Shown one piece after another: positions 11,000-19,636 of a stretch of 64,000 nucleotides of DNA. Source of the DNA: Promethearchaeota archaeon. GTDB lineage: Archaea; Asgardarchaeota; Lokiarchaeia; Sigyniarchaeales; SOKP01. Under the pieces are notes generated by a model. That model was not told where the DNA came from. It saw nothing but the letters and a program-made list of their open reading frames with translations, and ran no database searches. The translations under genes were made by a program, and so were the position numbers. Every line of letters starts with the position of its first letter. Position 1 is the stretch's first letter. Location: contig JAEOTP010000015.1 of NCBI GenBank assembly GCA_016839765.1, positions 64,001 to 128,000 of the forward strand, written 5' to 3'.

Positions 11000-11161
11000 T
11001 TATAGATTTTTCTTTTTCCAATCCCTTAAAAAATCTTTAAATTCCCCATCCTTTATGCCAATAGAATTTTTTTTAGGTTTTTCAGTAACAGAATTATGAT
11101 TGGGAGCATTTTTCTTAAAATTTAATGTCCAATCATAATAAGAGACTGCTTTTGATGACAT
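11000..11161 (-). CDS. Small hypothetical protein, 53 aa (MSSKAVSYYDWTLNF...FKDFLRDWKKKNL)
   Basis: ATG 11161 to TAA 11000, translated by hand. Below the ORF-track cutoff; fills the gap between two + strand genes. Confidence 0.4.
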   Translation of the reverse strand: MSSKAVSYYDWTLNFKKNAPNHNSVTEKPKKNSIGIKDGEFKDFLRDWKKKNL

Positions 11162-11318
11162 AATTTTAGATCTCTATTTTAATAAAATAAATTACAACAG
11201 AGTGCCAGATTTCTAAAAAAATTGATAGTTACAATATTAATAAAAATAATATAAAAAGCCTAAATAGGATGTTGAATTGATATTTTATACTTTTCAAGTA
11301 TTTTAACTGTGATTTATT

Positions 11319-11864
11319 ATGGGAGAAGAACAAGATAATACGAAAATAAATGTAAAAGATTGGATAATCATTAGTACTACTATGATAGGAGCAGTTTTAA
11401 CTATTCTTGCTCTAATTTGGCAACTTAAACCCTCTTATGGGATTATTACGGTTACTTTTCTGTTATTACTTTCATTTATATTATTTGTTAACTCGGTATC
11501 AGCAAATTCTAAAGCAAATTTTGAAATTAGGGCAAAAAAGATTCCAGAAAAACAAATATATAGGTTTGTATCCTTTGCTGAATATACATTTGGCCTTGGT
11601 TTTACTTTTGTTATAACTGCATTTTCTCTGCTTGGTTACAAATATTTTATAGATTTCGTAGGACGCACTTTAATCGCATTGGTTTTACCAATTTCTTTTA
11701 TGGTAACAGCTTGGTTTATGATTTTTATATATAACACAATAAATTATTCTGGAAAGCCATTTAAGAGTATTAGAAGCTTAAAACGAAATTTATGGATAAT
11801 ACTAGAATTAAGCAGTTTAGCCTTTATAATATTGGATTTCTTTGAAATTATTTTAATTCCATAA
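11319..11864 (+). CDS. Hypothetical membrane protein (about 5 TM)
   Basis: 181-aa ORF with five hydrophobic stretches, followed by a T-tract. Confidence 0.8.
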   Translation: MGEEQDNTKINVKDWIIISTTMIGAVLTILALIWQLKPSYGIITVTFLLLLSFILFVNSVSANSKANFEIRAKKIPEKQIYRFVSFAEYTFGLGFTFVITAFSLLGYKYFIDFVGRTLIALVLPISFMVTAWFMIFIYNTINYSGKPFKSIRSLKRNLWIILELSSLAFIILDFFEIILIP

Positions 11865-11883
11865 ACTTTTTTTTATTATTAAT

Positions 11884-12042
11884 CTAAATAACAACAGAAT
11901 AAACTCGTTTTGGTCTACCTGCTTTCTCACCTTTTATAATTTCTTCCTTAATTAATCCCTGATTAATTAATAAGTCAAGAATTTCTCTTAATTTTGCGCC
12001 TCCAATTTAAATTAAATTGCCTTTTGTCAGCTCTTTTCTCAA
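11884..12042 (-). pseudogene. Remnant of a winged-helix regulator C-terminus
   Basis: Hand translation LRKELTKGNLI*IGGAKLREILDLLINQGLIKEEIIKGEKAGRPKRVYSVVI*: wHTH wing motif GRP..vY, an internal stop and no N-terminus. Confidence 0.55.
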
Positions 12043-12060
12043 TTTAAATATTGTCTGAAA

Positions 12061-12137
12061 AAAGGAAATCTTTAAATATCCTATATACGTTATATCAGTC
12101 ACTGGTAGTCCAGTAACTGGTAGTCCAATAACCGATA
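12061..12137 (+). promoter_or_regulatory. padR promoter (BRE/TATA) followed by three tandem 15-bp quasi-palindromic operators
   Basis: AAAGGAAA-TC-TTTAAATA (12061-12078), then TATCAGTCACTGGTA (12093-12107), GTCCAGTAACTGGTA (12108-12122) and GTCCAATAACCGATA (12123-12137). Confidence 0.7.
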
Positions 12138-12182
12138 TTAATACTAGTTATTAAAACAATTATCTATGAGTTTGAGTTAAAC

Positions 12183-12761
12183 ATGGTTGAAAATTATCAC
12201 AAAAATTTTGAAAAAGTGATGAAAAAAAACTTTACCAATATTTTTGTTCTTTCTATCCTTGAAAATAGTCCTTCTCATGGTTATAAAATAGGGAATGAAA
12301 TTGAAAAGCGCACCTTAGGAATGTGGAATCCGTCTGCATCGACACTATATTGGATATTAAATAACTTAAGGGAAAAAAAATTTATAAAACTCCTTGAAGA
12401 AGATAAAAATAAGAAAGTTTATGAAATTACAGACACAGGCAGAGAAACTTTAAAATTAATGAAATTAACTCAACGAAAGATAAGAAAAACTTATCGTCGT
12501 TTCCTTTCAACATCCATAACAAATGGGGGTTCAGTTGATCCAGAGGAGCTTGAGCACTTTGATGATGTTCCATCAATCCAAATGTTACCGACCGCACTAA
12601 AACCAGATAAATTTAAGGAATTAACTCTTAATGAAAGATTCCAGCTTCTAGAAGCTCAAAGAGCATCAATTATAGAAAATCGAGATCGAATGAATGATTA
12701 TATCAAGGACTTCGATGAAACAATCTTAAAAGTCAAAAGAGAATTGGAAAAAGAGGGGTAG
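12183..12761 (+). CDS. PadR-family transcriptional regulator
   Basis: VLSILE..P.HGYKI...IE......W.PS..TLY..L..L.....I and KKVYEIT..G..L PadR pattern, plus a C-terminal coiled coil. Confidence 0.9.
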   Translation: MVENYHKNFEKVMKKNFTNIFVLSILENSPSHGYKIGNEIEKRTLGMWNPSASTLYWILNNLREKKFIKLLEEDKNKKVYEITDTGRETLKLMKLTQRKIRKTYRRFLSTSITNGGSVDPEELEHFDDVPSIQMLPTALKPDKFKELTLNERFQLLEAQRASIIENRDRMNDYIKDFDETILKVKRELEKEG

Positions 12762-12811
12762 AGATCTCAACCAGGAAAATTTAGAAAAATAAAAAATAGA
12801 AGAGAGTTGAT

Positions 12812-13789
12812 ATGAAATTGAGTATTGACCAAAATAAAAAAAGAATATTTTTTCTTACTTTTCTTATCTCTTATAAATGTACAAATGAATGTAAGCATTG
12901 TGCAATTCCAGGTTCTCCAAATCAAGACGACATTTCAATGGAATTAGGGGATGTAAAAAGATATTTGGATGATATTACCTCTAATTATATAGTTGATGAA
13001 GTCGGTTTTTTTGGAGGAGAGCCACTACTTAACTTTAATTTACTAGTGAGCCTCATTGAAGAAGTGAAAAAATTTAATATTCCAAAGATTGGATTACCCA
13101 CCAATGGCTATTGGGGAAAAAATGATTTAACTGCAAAGAAATACGCTCTAAAATTAAAAGAAGCGGGGTTGAATCAAATTGGTTTTAGCGTTGACGCATT
13201 TCATCAAGAATTTATTCCACTCGATGTAGTGAGACGAGCAATAAAAGCTGCTCATGAAGTTGGAATTGAATGGATAGGTTTGGTATCCCAAATTCTAGGA
13301 CCTGAAAATGAAAATAATCAATTTAATGAACAAACCAAAAACATTACTGATATCCTTTCAAAAGAGTTTGAGTTTTGCGAAGTAATAAAAAGTGAGTTAC
13401 AAGTAAGAGGTCGAGCAGCAAACCAACTTACAGAATATTTCCCAATGATGACAATACCTTCAGATAGGTGTCTTATTTTTAAGGTTCCGATGTTTATGAT
13501 TGATCCCAATGGATGGGTTTTTCATCAATTATGTCATGGAATTTGTATCGGGAATGCCAATACAAATTCCTTATCCGAAATAATAAGTGATTTTAACTAT
13601 AGAAAACATCCGATAATAGGTAAGTTAGTAGCGAAAGGAGGACCTAAAAATCTTCTTGACATTGCGATTGAAAAAGGATATGAGCCACTAAATGGGTATG
13701 CAGACAAATGTCATCTTTGTTTTAGTGCACGGAATTTTCTCCGTCCTTTTTATCCAAATATCCTCGAACCTTCAAATTTGTACTTCTAA
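12812..13789 (+). CDS. Radical SAM protein with Cys-rich C-terminal (SPASM/twitch-like) region
   Basis: CTNECKHC (CxxxCxxC), GGEPLL, TNGYW, SVDAFHQEF; C-terminal C...C..G..IGN and CHLC. Confidence 0.9.
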   Translation: MKLSIDQNKKRIFFLTFLISYKCTNECKHCAIPGSPNQDDISMELGDVKRYLDDITSNYIVDEVGFFGGEPLLNFNLLVSLIEEVKKFNIPKIGLPTNGYWGKNDLTAKKYALKLKEAGLNQIGFSVDAFHQEFIPLDVVRRAIKAAHEVGIEWIGLVSQILGPENENNQFNEQTKNITDILSKEFEFCEVIKSELQVRGRAANQLTEYFPMMTIPSDRCLIFKVPMFMIDPNGWVFHQLCHGICIGNANTNSLSEIISDFNYRKHPIIGKLVAKGGPKNLLDIAIEKGYEPLNGYADKCHLCFSARNFLRPFYPNILEPSNLYF

Positions 13790-13930
13790 ACCTATAAAGT
13801 TAGAGAAATTATAATTTCTTAATAATCCAAGAAGAACAAATCCAAAAAATATGAAAACTATAATATAACAAGCTTTTATTTAACTCTTTTTTTTTATTAC
13901 ATTATTAATTTAAATTTGTCAAAAAGGTGA

Positions 13931-14269
13931 ATGAATATTCAAGAATTTAATAAATCAAGAAAAATAATAATGGATAAAATGAAAGAGAAAGACCAATTTT
14001 TTAAGGATTTTGGTAAGCTTGATGATAGGGCATTCTCAGATGGTTTTATCCCTAAAAAATATAAAGAATTAACTATGATTTCTATATCAATTGTTACAAA
14101 ATGTAAGGAATGTATCTCCTACCACATTCAAGAGAGTGTTAATAGGGATTCTAGCCCTTCAGAAATAGTAGACGCAATAAAAATGGGGATGATGGCAGGT
14201 GGTTCCACAACCTATCCATATGTAAGACATGCGTTTAACACCTTAATTGAATTAAAAGTATTAGAATAA
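13931..14269 (+). CDS. Carboxymuconolactone decarboxylase/AhpD-like protein
   Basis: G.IP.KYKEL..I.ISIV.KCKECISYH: CxxC...H motif of AhpD/CMD proteins. Confidence 0.88.
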   Translation: MNIQEFNKSRKIIMDKMKEKDQFFKDFGKLDDRAFSDGFIPKKYKELTMISISIVTKCKECISYHIQESVNRDSSPSEIVDAIKMGMMAGGSTTYPYVRHAFNTLIELKVLE

Positions 14270-14329
14270 TCGTAAGGGTAAATGCCTTATTTTTATATAA
14301 AATAAATTTAGGGGTTAAAATTTTAAAAG

Positions 14330-14710
14330 AGAAAAGGTTCGAGAAGCTACAATGACAACCAAAAGGTCTTCGCGACAACCAAAAGATTGTTATTGTGTGG
14401 TAATGTCTTCCTTTCCTAGGATGGGAAAGCTCAATATATTACTAATACTTCAAATCAAAATACGGTATGGAAAGAATCATCATCCGTAAGAATAATCGCT
14501 TACTCCTATGAACGATATTATCGTTTGATAACTTCACCAATTCGTTAGAATAGGCCAGATTAATATCAAATACAAACCAAAAGGCTGATATTTTTAATTC
14601 CGATCGTGTTTATAACGCACAATCACCTTTCATATCGCTATTGATTATCTGTGGACCAATGCATTGAGGTTACATTACCTCTTCTCGACGTTCACATCAA
14701 AGATGTGAAC
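14330..14710 (-). ncRNA. Candidate large structured non-coding RNA (~380 nt), family unknown
   Basis: Nested long-range helices 14681-14688/14339-14346, 14672-14679/14399-14406, 14657-14668/14430-14441 and 14641-14646/14453-14458; at least seven local hairpins; upstream TTTAAATA (14740-14733); downstream U-tract; most G-U pairs favour the minus strand. Confidence 0.65.
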
Positions 14711-14877
14711 AATTATAATTGTGATAAGTTTATATTTAAATAAACCTATTAACGGGTTATTAAAGAAAAATGTCGCTAGATCTAAACTATATTTTTTTTA
14801 AGTCGGAATTCAACTTTACTTTCTTAATCAGGATTATGTTGTCAAAAAAGACATTAACTAAATCTATCTTTAAATTT

Positions 14878-17286
14878 TTATCCAATAAAACAAGATAAAT
14901 TTCTTTGGTTAGATTTTTTCTTATAATCTCGCTTTAACAATTCCTCAAGTTCAGGAAATTTGAAAGGAAAAATATTTTCGAAAGCTCTCTTTAATAATTC
15001 AACGTACTTCTTTTGATCGTATTGATGTATCTTTTCATCATAGAGATCAGAGAGAATAACCTTCCGTTCAGGGAAATCAGGATCGGCCTCTGCATTAAGA
15101 ATAATATATCGTACATTTTTTCCAGGGGTTGCGATAATACCAGAATCTTCTAATTGTCTGGCAGCTACAGCTTGATAGGAGTTTACTTTATATGCTGATG
15201 GCTTACGAGAGATTCTTTGTTTGATTGTAAGCTCTTGGCGAGATATTTTCCCGGAATAGACTCTATCAGTATATTCATAGAGTTTTCTTTTTGCCCTTGG
15301 AATCCTTTTTATAAACTCATCAACGGTTTGAGCGCCTTTGAATACATCAATAAAGGCACATTGGGCATCTTTCACAATAGTGGGCATATCTCTGCGCCGA
15401 ACTTCGATACCCCTAACTTTAATCTCTCCTGTACTTTTTATGCCCCAATAATGACTAAGAGCAGGAATATCTGGTTCAGCTCTAGAGGGAAGAAATACAA
15501 TAATATTATATCTACCTTCCCAGCTCATTGGAATGCTTGTATGTTCCGATATTCTATCTGCAATTTTTTTAGTAATATCCTCAAATTCCTCTGGTGATTT
15601 TCCCTTTGTATCTTGAAGCCATATGGAATCAACAATACCATGAATGATTTTGCAACTGTATGCTTCGGCAATTTCAGCTGCACGCATAAGAAATTCGCGT
15701 GCAAATGCACAAACGGTTTGATGAGCTTCAATTTTACCGAAGCGGGCATTTTTAAATCCTAAATATCCAAAACTTACAACAAGCACCCATTTTAAGGCAA
15801 TATCGGTAAATTTATAGCGAAGATTTCCTGTTTTTCGAACATATTCCTTATATTGCAACCTTTTTCTTAGAGGAAGTTTTATTGATTTTGAGATTATTCC
15901 TTCTCTTTTTGAGCAGATATGAAAATCCAATCCTGGTACTTTCATCCCTGTTCCATCATCTTTGCAGCATTTACAATTGAGAGTTTCAGAAGAAATATTA
16001 TAATTGGCCATTATGGATGGATACATTGAAGAGAAATCTAACTCTACGACATTATCAAAAACACCAATTATCGGTTCAAAGATGTGACCCCCACGATCAC
16101 TTCTTATTAAATCCATTGCTGAATTAAATCCCTCAGGACTTTTTTTGAATGGAGCAATCAAATGATCAAGTTTATAAGCATTGTAGTATTGAATCGACTG
16201 TAGTGCGCCTCCAATTGTTATTCGAGATAATCTTTGTAATGATACTCGCGAAATACGGGCAACTTCAACAACACCCGGGATATTTCCTTCTGTAAAATGA
16301 AGGCTTGCATATGAGGCAGTATCTAAATGGAGCCTCCCAGCAAAATATACTTGCGTTTTCGAACGATGGAATATGATTCCGTATGACATATAATGATTTG
16401 CCCCTCCTGAGAGATTAAAAATGCATTTTTCCAATGGTATTCGATCTCGAGAAAAATAAAGCTTCCTTGATACACCATGTATTGAAGCTCGCGCTGCTAG
16501 ATATGGAAACATGAATTCATCCCCATTTTGTGTGAGAATTATATCAGGATCAAGTTTTTCGATGGCTTTACTTAATAGTTCTAAATTTTCCGCTTCATCT
16601 CTTCGACTTATAACATATGTTCGTTTTTTATACCCATCTGCGCGCGGAACATTGTTCTCATCATTTTCAACCATGCTAATCTCAATATGATCAATCGGAT
16701 CATTGTAATACGGCCTTATTCCTTGATGTTTTACTTTGACATCAATCCATACAGCCTTTAGAGGAGGTAAATCATAGAATAGTTTTTCATTGTCATCTTT
16801 CAACTCTAGCGAGACAAGCCTTGTTATACTGCCCTTTCTATTCCGATACTTTTCAACTCTCACTCTAAACTGAGAGAAAGACATTGGAAACAAGTCATTA
16901 ACGTAGTAATACATTTGAGCAATAGGAAGATCGGTATTATACAAAGTAAATAGATCGATTTCATCAATTTCTTGAATTGCTTTCTTAAATACTGAAGGCT
17001 TTATCGCTGAAACTCCAAGAATTTTTGTCTTTTTATGATCCTCGAGGCGAACATATTTCTCACAAATTCTCACTTTATTGACGTTGTGATTTTGTTGAAG
17101 GATATGTTTTAACCTTTCAAGATCATTACCTACGCTTATCTTTGGTACTGCAAAGAACTCTGGATGGAATATTTCATAAATTTTCAGAACCTTTTGCTCT
17201 TTGGTAGGTTTTACCCAAAGAATTACTCCATCTCTAAATGTAGAAACATCTAAAAGCCAGCCATCAAATTTTTTTCTTGAATTCAA
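14878..17286 (-). CDS. polB2: Family B DNA polymerase, PolB2 group
   Basis: Motif A ELDFSSMYPSIM, motif B KWVLVVSFGYLG, variant motif C HGIVDSIW (instead of YGDTDS), KVRGIEVRRRD; degenerate exonuclease motifs; overlaps the MGRT-protein stop. Confidence 0.9.
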   Translation of the reverse strand: MNSRKKFDGWLLDVSTFRDGVILWVKPTKEQKVLKIYEIFHPEFFAVPKISVGNDLERLKHILQQNHNVNKVRICEKYVRLEDHKKTKILGVSAIKPSVFKKAIQEIDEIDLFTLYNTDLPIAQMYYYVNDLFPMSFSQFRVRVEKYRNRKGSITRLVSLELKDDNEKLFYDLPPLKAVWIDVKVKHQGIRPYYNDPIDHIEISMVENDENNVPRADGYKKRTYVISRRDEAENLELLSKAIEKLDPDIILTQNGDEFMFPYLAARASIHGVSRKLYFSRDRIPLEKCIFNLSGGANHYMSYGIIFHRSKTQVYFAGRLHLDTASYASLHFTEGNIPGVVEVARISRVSLQRLSRITIGGALQSIQYYNAYKLDHLIAPFKKSPEGFNSAMDLIRSDRGGHIFEPIIGVFDNVVELDFSSMYPSIMANYNISSETLNCKCCKDDGTGMKVPGLDFHICSKREGIISKSIKLPLRKRLQYKEYVRKTGNLRYKFTDIALKWVLVVSFGYLGFKNARFGKIEAHQTVCAFAREFLMRAAEIAEAYSCKIIHGIVDSIWLQDTKGKSPEEFEDITKKIADRISEHTSIPMSWEGRYNIIVFLPSRAEPDIPALSHYWGIKSTGEIKVRGIEVRRRDMPTIVKDAQCAFIDVFKGAQTVDEFIKRIPRAKRKLYEYTDRVYSGKISRQELTIKQRISRKPSAYKVNSYQAVAARQLEDSGIIATPGKNVRYIILNAEADPDFPERKVILSDLYDEKIHQYDQKKYVELLKRAFENIFPFKFPELEELLKRDYKKKSNQRNLSCFIG

Positions 17287-17561
17287 CTTTCAATCTTATT
17301 ACTTATTTCTTCCTCTAATTCTGTTATTCTACTCTCCAAAAGCTCAATCTTTTTCTCTTGTTCTATGGCGAAGGAAATAAAAAGAATCTCTGAAAGGATA
17401 GGGCGTCCAGCTAAGCTGCCAGCATCAGCATGGATTCGTGCATAATTCATCAGTTTGTCAAAAAATCTTCGCTCTTCTGGTCGAAGAGCACGTTTGAAAT
17501 CTTTCCAACTCTCAATTTCGTGTTCAAGTGCAGGTCGGAATGAAGGTACAGTTCTACCCAT
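17283..17561 (-). CDS. PolB2-associated small helical protein (arCOG07300-like)
   Basis: MGRTVPSFR...W..F.RAL..EER..FD.L pattern; 4-nt ATGA overlap with polB2. Confidence 0.85.
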   Translation of the reverse strand: MGRTVPSFRPALEHEIESWKDFKRALRPEERRFFDKLMNYARIHADAGSLAGRPILSEILFISFAIEQEKKIELLESRITELEEEISNKIES

Positions 17562-17761
17562 TTTTTTTTAACCAAAACTTTGTTTTAAATCCCTAGAAGT
17601 GAAGGAATTCGGATAATTAAAAAGAAGATACATCAAGTGTTTTCTGATTTTTAACTTAACTGTTAAAATGAGAAGAATTAAATGATATATAGATCTTCTT
17701 TACATGATAATGCGGCAAAACTTCTAAAAAGAAAGTAATAAATAGTTTGTTAATATCTAAT

Positions 17762-18250
17762 TTATCCTAATTCTGCACCGCACGCCCCACAAAATTTTTC
17801 TATTCCCCTCAGTGGCGTTCCACAATGTGGGCAATATTCCTTTTGTTCACCGACGGTAGGTTCCGATTCTGTTGGTTGTGGTTCCGTAGGAGGTTGTGCT
17901 TCAAGTTCTTTACTAGAAATTTCATTATAAACAGAATTCCAAATTTTATAGAAGGGCAGTTTATTTTTATGAGTGGGACAAGAGCATCTGATTAAGCTCC
18001 AAGGCCCTTTTACTTTCACATAATCTGCTATAGCTTCTTGTCCGCATTTATAACAACGAAAAACAGCATCACGAATATACGGCATAAATTCGTCTTTTTT
18101 CATTAAAGGAACTACATATTTTCGTCCTCCATGTGTTGGACATCTTTGTTTTATTAGGATTTGAGATCCAGTAACTTTTAAAAGAAATATGGCACCTATA
18201 GTTCCACAATGAGGACAACTAAACATTTTACTATAATCTTGTTGAGTCAT
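17762..18250 (-). CDS. Multi zinc-finger protein (two CxxC..CPxH repeats plus C-terminal double zinc ribbon)
   Basis: CPHCG...RCPTH, CYKCG...SCPTH, a P/E/T-rich linker, then CPHCG...FCGACG. Confidence 0.85.
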   Translation of the reverse strand: MTQQDYSKMFSCPHCGTIGAIFLLKVTGSQILIKQRCPTHGGRKYVVPLMKKDEFMPYIRDAVFRCYKCGQEAIADYVKVKGPWSLIRCSCPTHKNKLPFYKIWNSVYNEISSKELEAQPPTEPQPTESEPTVGEQKEYCPHCGTPLRGIEKFCGACGAELG

Positions 18251-18403
18251 TAAATTTCCTCTCTAATATTAATTTTTTATGAAAAATGAGATATTAATCA
18301 CTTAAATTTTTATTGTTTTAAAATCGAAGATAAAATTTTGAAAAATTGAAAAATTTTTTATAAAATTTGATACAATTAACTACTAAAGTAAATCTGGAAA
18401 AAA

Positions 18404-18838
18404 ATGAATGGGAGATATTGTTATATGTCTGTTTATCGCGAGCCACATGCTCCGTGCGGGATTTTCTGCCCTCAATGCCCTGGAGTAAAAATTTTCAATT
18501 GCAAAGGCTGTAGAGAGCAAAAAGGTCAAATAAAGGATTTTCCTGTATGTAAAACCTATGAATGTGTTACAAGCAGGGGCTTTACTTTCTGCTATGAATG
18601 TGAAGATTTTCCGTGTGAAAAGTTACAACCTATAGTTAATTTTGAGATATTTTTACCTCATAATTCAAAGATTTATAATTTACTTATGATAAAAAAGTTA
18701 GGAATTTCAAAATGGAATGAAGTTTGTGAAGAAAAATCGGATTTATACTATAAAGGGCGAAAAATTCACTATGGCGGTGATCCTTTAACTCTTGAGGAAA
18801 AAGACCCAAATATGTATAAAAAGAAGAATAATAAATAA
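18404..18838 (+). CDS. DUF3795-like Cys-rich protein (start may be ATG 18425)
   Basis: APCGIFCPQCP, CKGCR, C..Y.C and FC.EC.DFPC..L pattern. Confidence 0.8.
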   Translation: MNGRYCYMSVYREPHAPCGIFCPQCPGVKIFNCKGCREQKGQIKDFPVCKTYECVTSRGFTFCYECEDFPCEKLQPIVNFEIFLPHNSKIYNLLMIKKLGISKWNEVCEEKSDLYYKGRKIHYGGDPLTLEEKDPNMYKKKNNK

Positions 18839-18865
18839 GTTTGGGGGAATAGTGAGGATTTTATC

Positions 18866-19636
18866 TTAAGAGAACCAACAATCTAAAGTTTTAGTTCTTG
18901 TAGCATTTGCAAGACTCTTCTTAGGTTTTCGAGGTCTCCATTTCAAAAGGCGTCTTTCTGGTAAAAATGGATGCTGAACAATAATATATTCTACATATCG
19001 TTCCTCATCATTTATAAGTACCAATACATTTCCAAAATGGGATAAAATTTTCCCTCCTTTAGGGCGAAATGAGCTGCATTCGTTTAAAGGAGCAGTTATT
19101 ACTATTAATGGTTTAGTTTTTTGAAGTATCTTTTTGATACCATTTATAGCTTTTAACAAATCTTCAAAGGTTTGTTTTTCATAACTTTGAAACAATGTAG
19201 TAATCCCTGAGATTAAAACAACTTTAACTTGTTTGAGTTTAGAAAGTCTGTGTTCTAAAAGCTCGATCATTTGATCCCAGGTAAAGGCTCGGGCAATCAA
19301 GATATTTTCTAAAACTAAGCGAGGCGATAAATTTTGGGAAACCGCGAATTTGCTCACATTATAAGGATTGAAGCGATTATTTCCATCAATAAAAGCTACC
19401 TTTACTTCTTCTCCTCCTAAACCCCCGTATGCATATGATTTCTGTGATATGACCGCTGTTGTTAGCAGAATGTTAGTAGTCACTTTTTTATCCCCGTAAA
19501 GGAGATAAACTAGATTTTTATGAAACCCCTCTCCTCCCAATAACTCATCTAGCGTTGAATCTCCACTTGAAACGAGTGGAATTTCCCGATTTTTCCTGTA
19601 AAAATTGAACCCCGAATTAAATGAATGAAATGACAT
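18866..19636 (-). CDS. Inactivated RadA/RecA-like protein of the PolB2 cluster
   Basis: SSGD.TLDELLGG.G, degenerate Walker A (YGDKKVTT), FIDGNNRFNPY, ENILIARAFT..Q, GGKILSHF; C-terminal TLDCWF PIP-like tail. Confidence 0.85.
   Translation of the reverse strand: MSFHSFNSGFNFYRKNREIPLVSSGDSTLDELLGGEGFHKNLVYLLYGDKKVTTNILLTTAVISQKSYAYGGLGGEEVKVAFIDGNNRFNPYNVSKFAVSQNLSPRLVLENILIARAFTWDQMIELLEHRLSKLKQVKVVLISGITTLFQSYEKQTFEDLLKAINGIKKILQKTKPLIVITAPLNECSSFRPKGGKILSHFGNVLVLINDEERYVEYIIVQHPFLPERRLLKWRPRKPKKSLANATRTKTLDCWFS

Noticed and set aside
14354-14385. GACAACCAAAAG direct repeat as a mini-CRISPR or telomerase-like template
   Set aside because: Only 12 bp with an 8-nt spacer; no cas or reverse-transcriptase gene in the window.
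14352-14489. 45-aa plus-strand ORF MTTKRSSRQPKDCYC... inside the structured region
   Set aside because: Short, no recognisable motif, and covers only part of the nested helices; the RNA structure with minus-strand promoter and terminator explains the region better.
14330-14710. Identification of the structured element as RNase P RNA, SRP RNA, tRNA or group II intron
   Set aside because: No GAGGAAAGUCC/P4, SRP helix-8 motif or cloverleaf; a GUGCG pentamer is present but there is no domain V and no interrupted gene.
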